A stretch of 64,000 bases of DNA from Octopus vulgaris (taxonomy: Eukaryota): NCBI GenBank assembly GCA_951406725.2, contig OX597829.1:38130001-38194000 (forward strand). Reading direction: 5' to 3'. Each line of letters begins with the position of its first letter. Positions within the stretch are counted from its first letter, which is position 1. The notes below the pieces were generated by a model. That model saw only the letters and a program-made list of their open reading frames with translations, made no database searches and was not told the DNA's origin. Of this stretch, positions 1 to 12,701 are shown in pieces. The position numbers and the translations under genes were made by a program.

Positions 1-367
1 AGTAAAAGAGTAAAGAGTAATATGTTTATGTGAGTTTAGAGGGATATATTATGTGGGCAGATACTGTGGTAGCTCTTAGTTATGTTCCAGTTTATGGCTA
101 ACTGCACTGTTTAATATTTAATGTCTATGACTACTAAGGGTTGTCACTCACACTTGTAAACTCCTTGAGTTCACTTTGAGCCAAGCTGGTTGAAAGATCC
201 TGAATGGAATAGCACAGAAAATTATGCCTGGTTGTATATACAACTGCTCATACTTTGTGCAGTGGAAACACATATAGGTCGTTGTAACCATAAAACTTTG
301 CTGTATGAAATTGTATAATAAAACGAAATAAATTTTGAGGACGTACCTGTCTCCAGATTCTTTATCA

Positions 368-778
368 TCTTTATATATAAAAGAGAAGTTGTGTGTCTGT
401 CTCCTGCGATTTAGATTCCTAACTACTCCCACATTTTGCGGTGCAGTGTAACCAAAAGTGGGTATCTTATAGTCGTGATTCATATCGAGCCCTTCTGGGT
501 ATTAGCGTGCGTCTACAATGAGTCTACGATTTAAAAAATAATTTACCATCATTTTTTCCATTTTAATGCATTTTTTCGCTAAGGGAAGTAACTCTCTAAA
601 AATGTCTACGATGAGTCAACGATTAAAAAAAAATTTACCATAATTTTTTTTCCAATTTTTTTTCCAATTTACCATAATTTTTTTTCCAATTTTTTTTCCA
701 ATTTTTAATGCATTTTTTTGCTATTTTTTGGTATGTTTATATAGTTATTTCCCTTACAAACCCGGGCGATACTGCTAG
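368..778 (+). mobile_element. Non-autonomous Helitron, family H1 (AT-rich subtype)
   Basis: Starts A|TCTTTATATATAAAAG and ends GATACTGCTAG|T with no TSD. Highly similar to 24384-24770. The 3' hairpin is partly deleted (CCCGGGCG versus CCCGAGCAACGCCGGGCG in other copies). Confidence 0.85.
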
Positions 779-804
779 TCATATATATTTACAAAGTATT
801 GTTA

Positions 805-1415
805 AGTGTGAGTTGAACATGGAGATCGATTTGGTTTATGGAAATGACGCCATCCAGCAGAGCATGCTGAGTTCATCTGTTTCAAGTCTTTGCATCCCTC
901 AGTTGTCACAGCCCATGTCTCATTGCATGTAGCATAGCTGATCGTACACAGGCATCATACAATCTATTTTTCACTCTGAGGGAGAAACTCTTTGTAACTA
1001 ACAGAGGTATTATCTCTCTGATAAGGCGGCGAGCTGGCAGAAATGTTAGCATGCCGGGCGAAATGCTTAGCGATATTTCGTCTGCTGTTACGTTCTGAGT
1101 TCAAATTCTGCCGAGGTCGACTTTACCTTTCTTCCTTTCGGGGTCAATAAATTAAGTACCAGTTACACACTGGGGTTGATGTAATCGACTTAATCCCTTT
1201 GTCTGTCCTTGTTTGTCCCCTCTGTGTTTAGCCCCTTGTGGGTAGTAAATAAATAGGTATTATCTCTCTGAACTTCATCCAGCCTATTCTTATTCTTGTA
1301 GCTATGTTTTCAGAACAACCTCCCCCCCCCCACTACTAACTTGGTCACCTAAGTAAGAGAAGTTGTCTACTACTTCTAAGAATTCCCCCCAGTCTTGGAA
1401 TGGAATGTTGGTCCT
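805..1415 (-). mobile_element. RTE-clade LINE ORF2 C-terminal relic, interrupted by a SINE
   Basis: Minus-strand translation gives LEVVDNFSYLGDQVSSGGG...RIRIGWMKFREIIPLLVTKSFSLRVKNRLYDACVRSAMLH, typical of the RTE region after the RT domain. The frame continues across the SINE TSD. Confidence 0.75.
1022..1254 (+). mobile_element. tRNA-derived SINE family S1, full length
   Basis: Head AAGGCGGCGAGCTGGCAGAA, B-box-like GAGTTCAAATTC, tail CCCCTTGTGGGTAGTAAA. 17-bp TSD AGGTATTATCTCTCTGA at 1005-1021 and 1255-1271. Confidence 0.9.
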
Positions 1416-2839
1416 GATTATGTTGGAGCAGTTGATAAAGTATCGAACAGATATGGGTGCTCTGATACACACACATGCACACACACACACATGCACGCAT
1501 TCACAAATGCACGTACACACACACAAAAATTTCCTCATGCCTGTCCAGTGGCAGATGCAGGTGTGTTGCCCCAGTTGCCTGGGCAACACCCTTTCTAGCT
1601 GCACTATTGCAAACATAATAACATTGTTATTTTATTTTCAGCAGTTTCATATGCATACGGTCTGCTACAAAAAAGTTAGAATCCATAAAAATGAGTCCCA
1701 TTTATTACGAGTTGTAATTTCCGCTTTATATAGTATTTTTTCCAAACTTTTGGGCAACACCAAAAAAAAAAAAGAAAAGAAAAAAAAAAGAAACTCTTGG
1801 ATGTTGATTTTTATATGTTGGAATATGGGGAACTTTTCTTCCAGCCAATGGAATTAATGGCAAAGCCTGGTGGTTTTTGATTGGCTGTTTTTCTGAAGTT
1901 GACTGTCCTATCAAAGAAATATATATAATGTAGAACCTATCAAAGTCATGCCAAGCAAGATTATTGGATAATGAATTGAACTATTTTATTCCATTCATCA
2001 CTGAAGAATCTGCAAAATCAAATGTAGTCATCAATAGTAATTTTGAATTTCTGATCTGACTAATATTGAAGAGGAAACATAATCTCCTAGCCTCATGTAC
2101 ATCAAAGATGAATTCTTATCAAAGGGAAATGCAATCATTGAAAATGTTTTGCCAGATAACTTTTAGATTTTATCAAATGATTGTTAAAAATCATCAACTG
2201 ATACTGAAGCAGATAAAAAAAAAAAGTTTAAGTAACAGAGAAATTATACTGTATTTTCCAGTATACACGTCGAATTTTTCAAGTCAAAATTTACAGCCCA
2301 AAGATGCTAGGTTGACTTATTACACCAAGATGACTTTGGATGACCAAAAATTTCATGTGAAATGCAGCGGAATTTGGAAAGAGAGTGATGATGTTTCACT
2401 GTTTACACAACATGTTTACATTACATACTATGTTGACTTGTTGGAAAATGCCATTAAACAACCATCTATCTATGCCTTTTTTGTGAGGTTACTTCAGATT
2501 TCTGTGCAGTTGATCTATCAGAATGTTGAATACATTTTCTTTCACAGTGCTTTAATTTTAAGTGTTGTTTCAAATCAGACTTCAATTTGTCTGGATAGTT
2601 TGGATTTATACAGACATTTTGCAGGTATTAAGGATGTTATCCGTTTTGAAATCCATAATGACTACCATTCAAATAATATATATATCTTATTTGATGTATC
2701 AGGTATACTTCAATATTTGCAGGCATTAGAATTGTATATATACAGAAAAGTTGATTATTGCATATTTATAATCAATTCTCACAGTTAAAGATTGGATTAT
2801 CAATATTATATGATTTCTGGTAAAAGAAAAAAAAAAACT

Positions 2840-3330
2840 AAGTCTCAGGCCTTCGTCTGTCATTAATGACCATGGGTAAAGGTCCCTAATGTCCACCCCA
2901 TTGAATAGCATCATTTGTATCTGAACAGACCAATGCATGAATGATACCCCACTGCCACACAAGCCACATTTGTGGGCTGTACCAATGCTGTTGAAGCCTC
3001 CTTCTCTTCCATAAAGGGTGTTTAATAGGATCCAAGCCTGTGTATTATGGTATAGAGAACAGGTTGTTGCTTTTCCCCATCTCCAAATCACTGTTGGATC
3101 CAAAAGGAACAGCACAACTGGTGCAATTTGACCCCAGCATTATCACAAGAGTTGCCAAAATGAAGTTATAGAAAATGTTGAGCTGCCTTAGGGGCTCCAA
3201 CTGCAGACTTTTCTTCAGGGTTTCCACCAAAAGTCTTTCATATGACTCGGTATGGCTGCAGTCTTACTGCAAAGGTTTGAATCGGTTTTCCTCTGTCTAG
3301 ATGGGTTGCTGCGCCCACTAGCTACCAAGC
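2840..3330 (-). mobile_element. Possible highly decayed RTE-derived relic
   Basis: The motif CTAGACAGAGGAAAACCGATTCAAACC resembles an RTE 5'UTR. Only broken peptide fragments follow. Confidence 0.3.
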
Positions 3331-3984
3331 TCCATAAACCTTACTAATTCGTCCATTAATCTTTAGCTGGGAACCTGATGGATGCTGCTGCTCTGGATCA
3401 GAATAGAAATGGTAACACCAGTGCTAAGAGGTAGCTCCATACTCTTCAAAAACCCAGAACTCCTAAATCAGTACTCCACTACTAGACACAATTTGAAGTT
3501 ATAATCAGGGCAAAAACCAAGACTAATTTAGAATCAGCCTAATAAATTGTTGACTTTAAGAACTTAGAATTAGAAAGAAGAGAAAAGAGAAAGGAAAAGA
3601 TTACTCAAATTTGTGAATATTCAGGTAATTCCTCAAATTTATATCTTCAATTGATGAAATATATATATTGACTCTTTTTCACAAAGTAAAGTTCTGCATA
3701 ACAATAATGATTGACTCGATGGTCATCATCATTGTCATTGCTTTAACATCCACTTTTCCATGCTTGAATGGGTCAGTCAGCATTCGTTGGGGGCAGACTT
3801 TTCTATGCCCTGGTACTTTTCCTGTCACCAACCCTTAGCTGCTTCCAAGAAAACGTAATATTTTCCTATGACCTGTCATCTTTACACAAAAGATTTGAAA
3901 CAAATGATTTAACTTGAATGATGTGACACATGCCTACCACTATCACATGATAACAAGACAAGGAGATGCAAGTGACATGATTCG

Positions 3985-4128
3985 TTTAGTTTCCATCTAC
4001 CAAATCCACTCACAAAATTTCAGTTGACCCAAGACTATAGGTAAAAAAAAAACATTTACCCAAAATGGGACTGAACTTGAAACAATGTGATTGAAAAACA
4101 AACTTTTTAACCACATCACCATACCTGC
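3985..4128 (-). mobile_element. SINE family S2 head fragment
   Basis: GTTTCCATCTACCAAATCCACTCACAA...GGGACTGAACTTGAAACAATGTG resembles the S2 heads at 13890-14030 and 61640-61767. Confidence 0.6.
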
Positions 4129-5260
4129 AAAATGTCTGTATAAATCCAAACTATCCAGACAAATTGAAGTCTGATTTGAAACAACACTTAAAATTAAAGC
4201 ACTGTGAAAGAAAATGTATTCAACATTCTGATAGATCAACTGCACAGAAATCTGAAGTAACCTCGCAAAAAAAAAAAAAAAAGTCACTAGAATAACTTAT
4301 AACTGAAAATAATTATGAGATTAGCTAATCTGGTTAGAGAAATTGCAAGAAATCTTAACTAGAATCTTCATATAACTGTGGATGGAGCGTTCATTCTATC
4401 AATAAATTTTTGTGATCACAACTACTTCTGTGATGGGATGTCTCAGTTCAAGGAAGATCAGAGACTGTCCAGTATTGATAGGATACATGCACTTTCATCA
4501 GGATATAAGATTTAAAACCTATTTTGGAATTTTTCTTTTTTATCATAAAACAATTTACCATATTTGATGACATATAAGAAGCATTTTCTTCCCAAAAGAA
4601 GTCTCCCAAAATCATCCTGGGTCCTATCTTCGAAGTTGGATCTACACTACATACTTGAATGCACTACAAATCTTTTCCCTGAATATATGATGCTGAAATT
4701 TGACTGTGTCTAATATGCTGTGGATCTCTGTGCTATCAAATGCAATAACAGTTATAATGCTGATATTTTTAGAAGTGACCATGATCGATTAACTTGTAAC
4801 AGGTCACTACCCCTCTCTCTCTCTCTCTCCTTCTCTCCCTGTTTGTCTGTCTGTCTATCAGTCTGTTTGTCTGTGTCTGTCACACACACTCCCACTCTCT
4901 CTCTCTTATAGAAATTGTACAATTCACAAACGATATCGGGTGAGCCTTTCTCTATGAAGGAAAATACTATCAGTAGCCAGATTACTTTAATTCAATTTTC
5001 ACTAACTTGCTTGATTCGAGGCAATGGAGCAGAAGAAATAAACAAAACAACAATAAAAACGTGTGTTGAAGCTCTTGTAATAATTTTGAAAAGACATAAG
5101 AGAGAAAAAAAGAAGAGAATAAGATAAAAGCACTAAAATGTTGAAAGGGAGAAACACCAAATGATAAAATGGAAGTCTAATTATTCCAGCCAAATCCCAT
5201 ACTTAAAAGCAACTAAATTAAGTAAATAAAATCGTACAAGGATTAGTTGGAAGTCCTAAA

Positions 5261-5511
<251 letters not shown>

Positions 5512-5517
5512 TAAATA

Positions 5518-6424
5518 TCTACTACATATATGGGAAATACTGTCTGTGGGTGTGTTTGTGGCATTGTTAGCTAACTCCTCCTACATCGTTTTATCGATTT
5601 TGATGAAACTTGACACGTGAATAGAACTCATGTCTGGAAACCTCATGGCATACTCAGATTGTTGAAAGAAAATCGATAATAGGGCCCCTGGAAGGGATCC
5701 TTATATATATATTATATATTTTAGTCTAAAAGCCAATGGAAACAACCCATTCGCCCTCTTGAAGAGATCGTTATATATAGCCAAGGGTAATAACCCATTC
5801 ATTTCCCTAAATTATTTGGTAAAAATGAAATTGAGTATGCTTATTTCTTAGCATTTGAACTGTTAGAGCTATTTTCGCAATTTATCCAGTAAACCCTTAA
5901 AAAGGTAAATAGTATTTTCTTAAACAATAGATCCAATTATTTCGGTAAGTGACTCATTCACGAATATACCAACACTAGCGCCCCTGAGGGTAATATTCTC
6001 TGCGAACGCACAAAAGCTTTTTTTAGAGTTGTTTACTTTAAATTGTTATTATCTCATATCTGATAAGCCTGTAACATGCTTCACGATTTTAGTATACATA
6101 CCTTATTAGTATTTCCTCCTATGTTCTCTATACGCTGGGTAGTACTAAAACTCTTTTCGGGACTCTCTATTTGAATTCTTAGTACCGGATAACTAATTTT
6201 ATGTTATTACATAACTTACTTCACAATTTGCGTATTCACAACTTAATGGGAATTCCTAAAACAAGATCCTGTGTAAGACAGTTCGGTATTTCCTGTAAAT
6301 GCACAAAAACCGTTTTAAGGGCTACATACTTTGTATTGTTGTTATTGGGTTAGCGAAACAGTTATGAGAACGGAACCAAGGGATAAGCCCCGCTTTCCCA
6401 GGAATTACCGGGTACGTCAGCTAG
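5518..6424 (+). mobile_element. Non-autonomous Helitron, second family (about 0.9 kb)
   Basis: Starts A|TCTACTACATATATGG. Imperfect hairpin CCCAGGAATTACCGGG lies just before the terminal CAGCTAG|T. No TSD. Confidence 0.7.
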
Positions 6425-6703
6425 TATATATATATATTTAAACAAATTTTAAAACATGATCATTACATATTTTATTTATTAAAAATAAATTTGGCTTACA
6501 GCTGTTTCCAGTAGTCATTATAGGTACATTACTGATAGGTTTACTCAATTAGTCTATTCATCAATTGGGATCTTTCTCAATTTTTATATATCACTCTGTG
6601 TAAAACCAGTTTACCTGGAGCCCATCCACGGAATCACAATATAGAATTGTGATAAACCATAACCTTGGATCTTGCTAAAAATACCTAGAATTCTTCACTA
6701 ATC

Positions 6704-7185
6704 TACATACATACATACATACATACATACATAATGCATACATGCATACATACATACATACAAACATACATGCATACATACATACATGCATACATACATG
6801 CATGCATACATACATACATACATACATACATGCATACATACATGCATACATACATACATGCATGCATACATATATACATACATAATACATGTATACATGC
6901 ATACATACATATATACATACATGCATATATACATGCATACATACATACATGCATATATGCATATATACATGCATACATACATGCATATATGCATACATGC
7001 ATGCATGCATACATGCATACATACATATATGCATACATGCATACATACATACATGCATATTTACATGCATACATGCATGCATACATGCATGTATACATAC
7101 ATACATGCATACATACATGCATATATGCATACATGCATATATGCATGCATACATACATACATACATGCATACATACATACATACA
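6704..7185. repeat. (TACA/TGCA)n microsatellite
   Basis: Directly visible. Confidence 0.95.
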
Positions 7186-7187
7186 GT

Positions 7188-7830
7188 TTAGAATTGCGAA
7201 TTTTGTAACTTCATCTCAGATTGAATTTGAGCTATTTTCTCATCGTATTTCTTCGAGATTGCTACTGCATTCTTCTTTCCATTTTTGCTAATTATTTTCT
7301 TTGAATTGAGAAGCTTCTTTAATTCTACCGTAGTGTGATGATTTCCATCTTCAAAACTCTGCAGTTTCAATTAAAAATCTTGTGAGTTGAAAGACATTTC
7401 CTCTTTCATAACAGCAATGCTTTTACGCAGGCTGCGCTGTATCTTATCCCGTTCATTGTTTGCCTGTAACATATTCACGTTTAGTTCGTTAATTTCCTGG
7501 ATCAACTGAAATTTTATTTTCTGCCAGTCGGCTGTTGTCACTGTTCAGTGAAGACGCTTGCTCCTTTAGTTTTTTTCATTTTCTTTCATTAAAAGATCTG
7601 TTTTCTGGTCCAAGTTTTCACCATCATGTTCCTGTGGACCTTTTATATAGTTTTACAATCCTGACATTGAGAGGAGATTTCACATCATCTACATCTTTTC
7701 TGGTCGCTTTGCCAACATCTTCCATCAAGTCATCAAGTAAACGGATGATCTGTTCATTTTTTTGTGTAGAAACGTGTTTGGCCAAATCTTTATCTAGAAT
7801 TGCATTTTCCACAATTTGCTGAACATTTTT
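7188..7830 (-). pseudogene. SCLT1: Probable processed pseudogene of sodium channel and clathrin linker 1 (centriolar distal-appendage coiled-coil protein)
   Basis: Joining the frameshifted frames gives QIVENAILDKDLA...QKNEQIIRL..LMEDVGKATRKDVDDVKS.LNVRIVKL and LRKSIAVMKEEMSFNSQDF*LKLQSFEDGNHHTTVELKKLLNS...KWKEEC...KYDEKIAQIQSEM. By eye these align with two SCLT1 segments recalled from memory. No introns; contains stops and frameshifts. Confidence 0.6.
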
Positions 7831-8101
7831 CTTGTCTTCCACCAGATCTGTGCAACATCTCACTTGCACCCAACAGTCTAGTCAGTAGCTTGGAAACCGC
7901 AGGCCAGCCCAGCAAGCCAACTTGCTTAGAGTGGAAGACGTTGTCGTACCTGATTGAATGACTTGTGTAATATGCTTCTACGCCGCTCAGATTCGCTTCG
8001 ACTGGTCACATCGCAGCTTTACACCGACTGTCTTCGTAGCCAACTTGACGCTGACTGATTACCTTGCCATCTTCACACTATCTTCGTAGCCAACTTACGC
8101 T

Positions 8102-8552
8102 GTATCTTTTCGGTTTGAACGGCAGTTTTTTAAAAATAATTTCCACGTAGCTAAACACTTTTAAACTTCGTATACTGGTAGAATGTGTTTATAAAACATC
8201 CTTTTCTCTTGGCTTTACTGAGAAAATTCTATAGTTTGTAAGATATTTGTTGTTTTTTTTCTTCAATTTCAGCAATTTCAACCAATCAATGACGTCTATT
8301 GAGGTGAAAACATTCTGTGCCGTATGAAAATGTCCCTCGTTTAAGAAACAGATTGGGTTTATTTACATTTGTGAAGAAAAAAAGATACCCTTCCCCCCTA
8401 ACCCTAACCCTAACTAACTAACCTTAACCCTAACTAACCCTAACCCTAAAATAGATTGAAATGCAATAGATCGATACTAGGGTCATAATTATGGGTGACA
8501 ATTTCATATGACACCGCTAGAAAAAAAACTGCCGTTCAAACCGAAAAGATCC
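8102..8552 (+). mobile_element. MITE family M1, copy 1
   Basis: About 28-bp TIRs (G[G/T]ATCTTTTCGGTTTGAACGGCAGTTTTT ... AAAAACTGCCGTTCAAACCGAAAAGATCC). Degenerate 8-bp TSD CTTACGCT/CTAACGCG. Internal CCCTAA repeats. Confidence 0.9.
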
Positions 8553-9027
8553 CTAACGCGATCTTCTAACTGTTTGTTTACGTTGCCATCTTCACACTCC
8601 GCGTGCTTTTCGTTACGGACTTCACACACCGCGTTCTTTACATCAAAAACTTCACACTCCTCGTTTTTTGTTTTTGACTTCACCAACTGACACTGCGCGT
8701 TCTTTTACCACTTCAAATTGTTCACCTCACAACAAAGAAAAACGTGCAGCATATTTCAAATTAGTCACATGATCAACAACATTATTTCTCCTTCGTAACA
8801 ATAGCTTTAGTAACTGCAGGAACGACATGATTATATATTATGGATTAAACAGACCACATCAGTCCTTCCCAGTATGAAAATTTAATGAACAACTGTCTTC
8901 ATAGTATTTCTTGCATTTAGTCACCAAGGTATCATTAGAAAATGCAAGAAACAAGGAAACGCTTTAAATAGACATTTTTTTTGGAGAGGCGGAGAAGTGT
9001 GCGAAAAGGGGTGGTAGTATTATTTGA

Positions 9028-9494
9028 TTGGCAGAATCGTTAGCACGCCGGGCGAAATGTTTAGCGGTATTTCGTCTGAGTTCTGCCGCTACGTTCTGAG
9101 TTCAAATTCCACCGAGGTTGACTTTGCTTTTCATCCTTTCGGGGTCGATTAAATAAGTACCAGTTACCCACTGGGGTCGATGTAATCGACTTAATCCGTG
9201 TGTCTGTCCCTCTGTGTTTAGCCCCTTGTGGGTAATAAAGAAATAGGTATTTCGTCTGAGAAGGCGGCGAGCTGGCAGAAACGTTAGCACGCTGGGTGAA
9301 ATGCTCGGCGGTATTTCGTCTGCCGCTACGTTCTGAGTTCAAATTCCACCGAGGTCGACTTTGCCTTTCATCCTTTCGGGGTCGATTAAATAAGTACCTG
9401 TTACGCACTGGAGTCGATGTAATCGACTTAATCCGTTTGTCTGTCCTTTTTTGTCCCCCTCTGTGTTTAGCCCTTTGTGAGTAGTAAAGAAATA
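9028..9494 (+). mobile_element. Tandem or nested SINE S1 copies
   Basis: Two S1 bodies (about 9028-9245 and 9261-9494). The 15-bp direct repeat GGTATTTCGTCTGAG lies at 9066-9080 and 9246-9260. Confidence 0.9.
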
Positions 9495-9708
9495 GGAATT
9501 TCTTGATCAAATTTAGATAGTAAGGTGTAAGGAAGTAAATCTTTTGTAAGCTATCATTTTGTAAACTACTTATTACCTGAAACTACAAAAAAAATCCCAC
9601 TTAAACATATTGCTTTTTAAATGTTTCCTGTTCTTGTCTTTTTCGACAACATACACGCCAAGATCCATACACCTTGCGCGCGCGCGCACTCATATACACA
9701 CAGATATA

Positions 9709-9932
9709 TATTTCTTTACTGCCCACAAGGGGCTAAACATAGAGGGGACAAACAAGGACAGACGAAGGGATTGAGTCGATTACATCGCCCCCCAGTGCGA
9801 AACTGGTACTTTATTTATCGACCCCGAAAGGCTGAAAGGCAAAGTTGACCTCGGCGGAATTTGAACTCAGAACGTAACGGCAGACGAAATACCGGTAAAG
9901 CATTTCGCCCGGCGTGCTAACGTTTCTGCCAG
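9709..9932 (-). mobile_element. SINE S1 copy, slightly 5'-truncated
   Basis: Reverse complement of the S1 sequence, flanked by CAGATATA on both sides. Confidence 0.9.
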
Positions 9933-10031
9933 ATATAGACACTCACTCACCCACGCGCGCGCACACATACACGCATACACACAAACACACGCGTTCACAC
10001 ACACACACAGACACAGACAGACAGACAGACA

Positions 10032-10082
<51 letters not shown>

Positions 10083-10324
10083 ACAGAGTCAAGCACAATC
10101 TAGTGTAATTGAAGACGCTCACCGTAGGAGTCGCACAAAAATCAAAAGAAAGAAATCACGTGGTCACAAAATTACGAAGCGAAATTCTAAAATTTCATTC
10201 GACTCTCAATTTAACAATACAACCTACACCTACGCACACACGCGCATGCGCCACATGTATATCTTCTGACAAAAGTAAAAACCTGTTAAAAAAAAAAACA
10301 TTCCCGGTTTACACATAGACACAC

Positions 10325-11410
10325 ATACGTATACATACATGCATACATACATACATGCATACATACATACATACGTAAATGCATACATACATACATACAT
10401 ACATACATACATACATACATACATACATACATGCCTACATACAAATATACATACATGCATACACACATACATGCATACATACATACATACATACCTACAT
10501 ACAAATATACATACATGCATACACACATACATGCATACATACATACATACATACGTAAATGCATACATACATACATACATGCATACATACATACATGCAT
10601 GCATACATACACATACATACATACGTAAATGCATACATACAAACATACATACATACATACATACATACATACATACATACATACATACATACATTACATA
10701 CATACATACATACATGCTACATACATACATACATGCCTACATACAAATATACATACATGCATGCATACATACATACATACATAAATGCATACATACATGC
10801 ATGCATGCATACATACATACATGCATGCATACATACATGCATACATACATGCATGCATGCATACATACATACATACATACACACATACATGCATGCATGC
10901 ATACATACATACATACATACATACATACATACATACATACATACATAAATGCATACATACATACATGCATACATACATACATAAATGCATACATACATAC
11001 ATAAATGCATGCATACATACATACATACATACATACATACATAAATGCATGCATACATACATACATAAATGCATGCATTCATACATACATACATACATGC
11101 ATACATACATACATAAATGCATACATACATACATACATACATACATAAATGCATACATACATACATACATGCATGCATGCATGCATACATACATGCATAC
11201 ATACATACATACATACATACATACATACATACATACATGAATGCATACATACATACATACATAAATGCATACATACATACATACATACATAAATGCATGC
11301 ATTCATACATACATACATACATACATGCATGCATGCATACATACATACATACATACATACATACATACATACATACATACATACATACATACATGCATGC
11401 ATACATACAT
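10325..11410. repeat. About 1.1 kb (CATA/CATG)n microsatellite with higher-order units
   Basis: Directly visible. Near-identical 60-bp blocks start at 10441 and 10501. Confidence 0.95.
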
Positions 11411-11417
11411 CACATCA

Positions 11418-11680
11418 CACTTTGAAGACTTTGAGTTTGCAATCCAAGAACAGGAGATTGCCACAAAGTAATTGGTGAACAAGAGAGACAGTGATGCTCT
11501 TGTAATCCCAAGGTCCAACTACATGTGTAGGCTATGTCATGTCTCTGTAGAAGTCATCACGCATGTGATTAGCAGCCGTCCTAAAATGTTGACACGGTAC
11601 TATCTCCCCATGTGGTACGGTGGTGTTGCTAAAACAATTTACAATGCCATCCGCAAAAAAAGACTTGAAGTAAACTTTAA
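11418..11680 (+). mobile_element. R4/Dong-like LINE fragment (C-terminal CCHC region)
   Basis: FAIQEQEIATK...CRLCHVSVEVITHVISSRP matches the AQEQ...CxxC...HxxxxC motif of LINEs with a restriction-like endonuclease (REL). Confidence 0.7.
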
Positions 11681-11691
11681 AAAATTCCCTC

Positions 11692-11857
11692 TTTTACATT
11701 TGACGGATATTTGTCCTCATCTTATTTGTTGTTAACACAACTTTTCGACTGTTATACCCTCGGGCCTTCATCAGGGGTCTTGGGGGAAATTTCGAACTTG
11801 GGCTCTCATTCCTAAGGTTTTTTTTCAATGTTGTTGTCGTTGTTGTTGTTTTTGTTG

Positions 11858-11935
<78 letters not shown>

Positions 11936-12090
11936 TCACTGCCTGGAATCGAACTCGAAATCTTGGAGTTGAATACTACTACTACTACTACTACTAAAAA
12001 AATAATGACAATAATAATAATAACAACAACAACAACATCGAAAAATACCTTAGAATGAGGTTCGAAATTTCCCCAAGATACCTGATAAAT
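11692..12090 (-). mobile_element. Hammerhead-tailed palindromic element P1, copy 1 (right arm truncated)
   Basis: Same architecture and junctions as 29765-30340. Degenerate minus-strand CTGATGA...GAAA core at about 11734-11778. B-box reverse complement GGAATCGAACTC at 11945-11956. Confidence 0.75.
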
Positions 12091-12701
12091 GTATTAGTGT
12101 TCGACTAAATATTTCAAAGCGGTACCCCAGCATGGCCAGAGTCCAATGACCGAAAAAAGTAAAAGCTAAAAGATAAAAACATACATATGCACGCACATAC
12201 GCTCGTACGTACATGTACACGAACATTTAAATACATTTAAATATCTTACTTAATCTGACAAAAGATCATAAATTTTGTGGGTACGAGAAGTGTAAGAATC
12301 GCTCCACTACGATGTGACGTAAGGGATAAAAAAGCAAGGGACGTAACTAATTATTGTCAGTTATTCTTTAACGCACACTCGTCTTGTATACTATATAACA
12401 TCGGATATTTATTAGTCATACAGACGATTCTTAAATGTATGTAATAAAGCGAGTTTAAGACGTCAATTAACTAGGTTTACACAAGCAATTAGTGGGTAAA
12501 ACTTCAGTCTTAGGAATACCTAAAATTTAAAAGAAAAAAAAAAAAATGTATCTCAACACAAGGGAGATAACTTTTGTACGTTTTGTATTTGTTTGAAGAT
12601 CGAATGCAAATTGTAGTGGATCTGGTCTTTAAAACGAAATGATGAAAAAAACAGATATGTCTTGGTTACTTACAGTTCAATCAGTATCTCTCACAGAATA
12701 G

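Noticed and set aside
6490-6570. Further hammerhead-like remnants (GAAACAGCTGTA here; also about 35490-35540, 36685-36700 and 36900-36935)
   Set aside because: Only the GAAA plus palindrome half is recognisable. The CUGANGA core and stem I are too degenerate to call.
8395-8448. True telomere or chromosome-fusion scar
   Set aside because: The short CCCTAA runs are internal to a MITE present in three copies.
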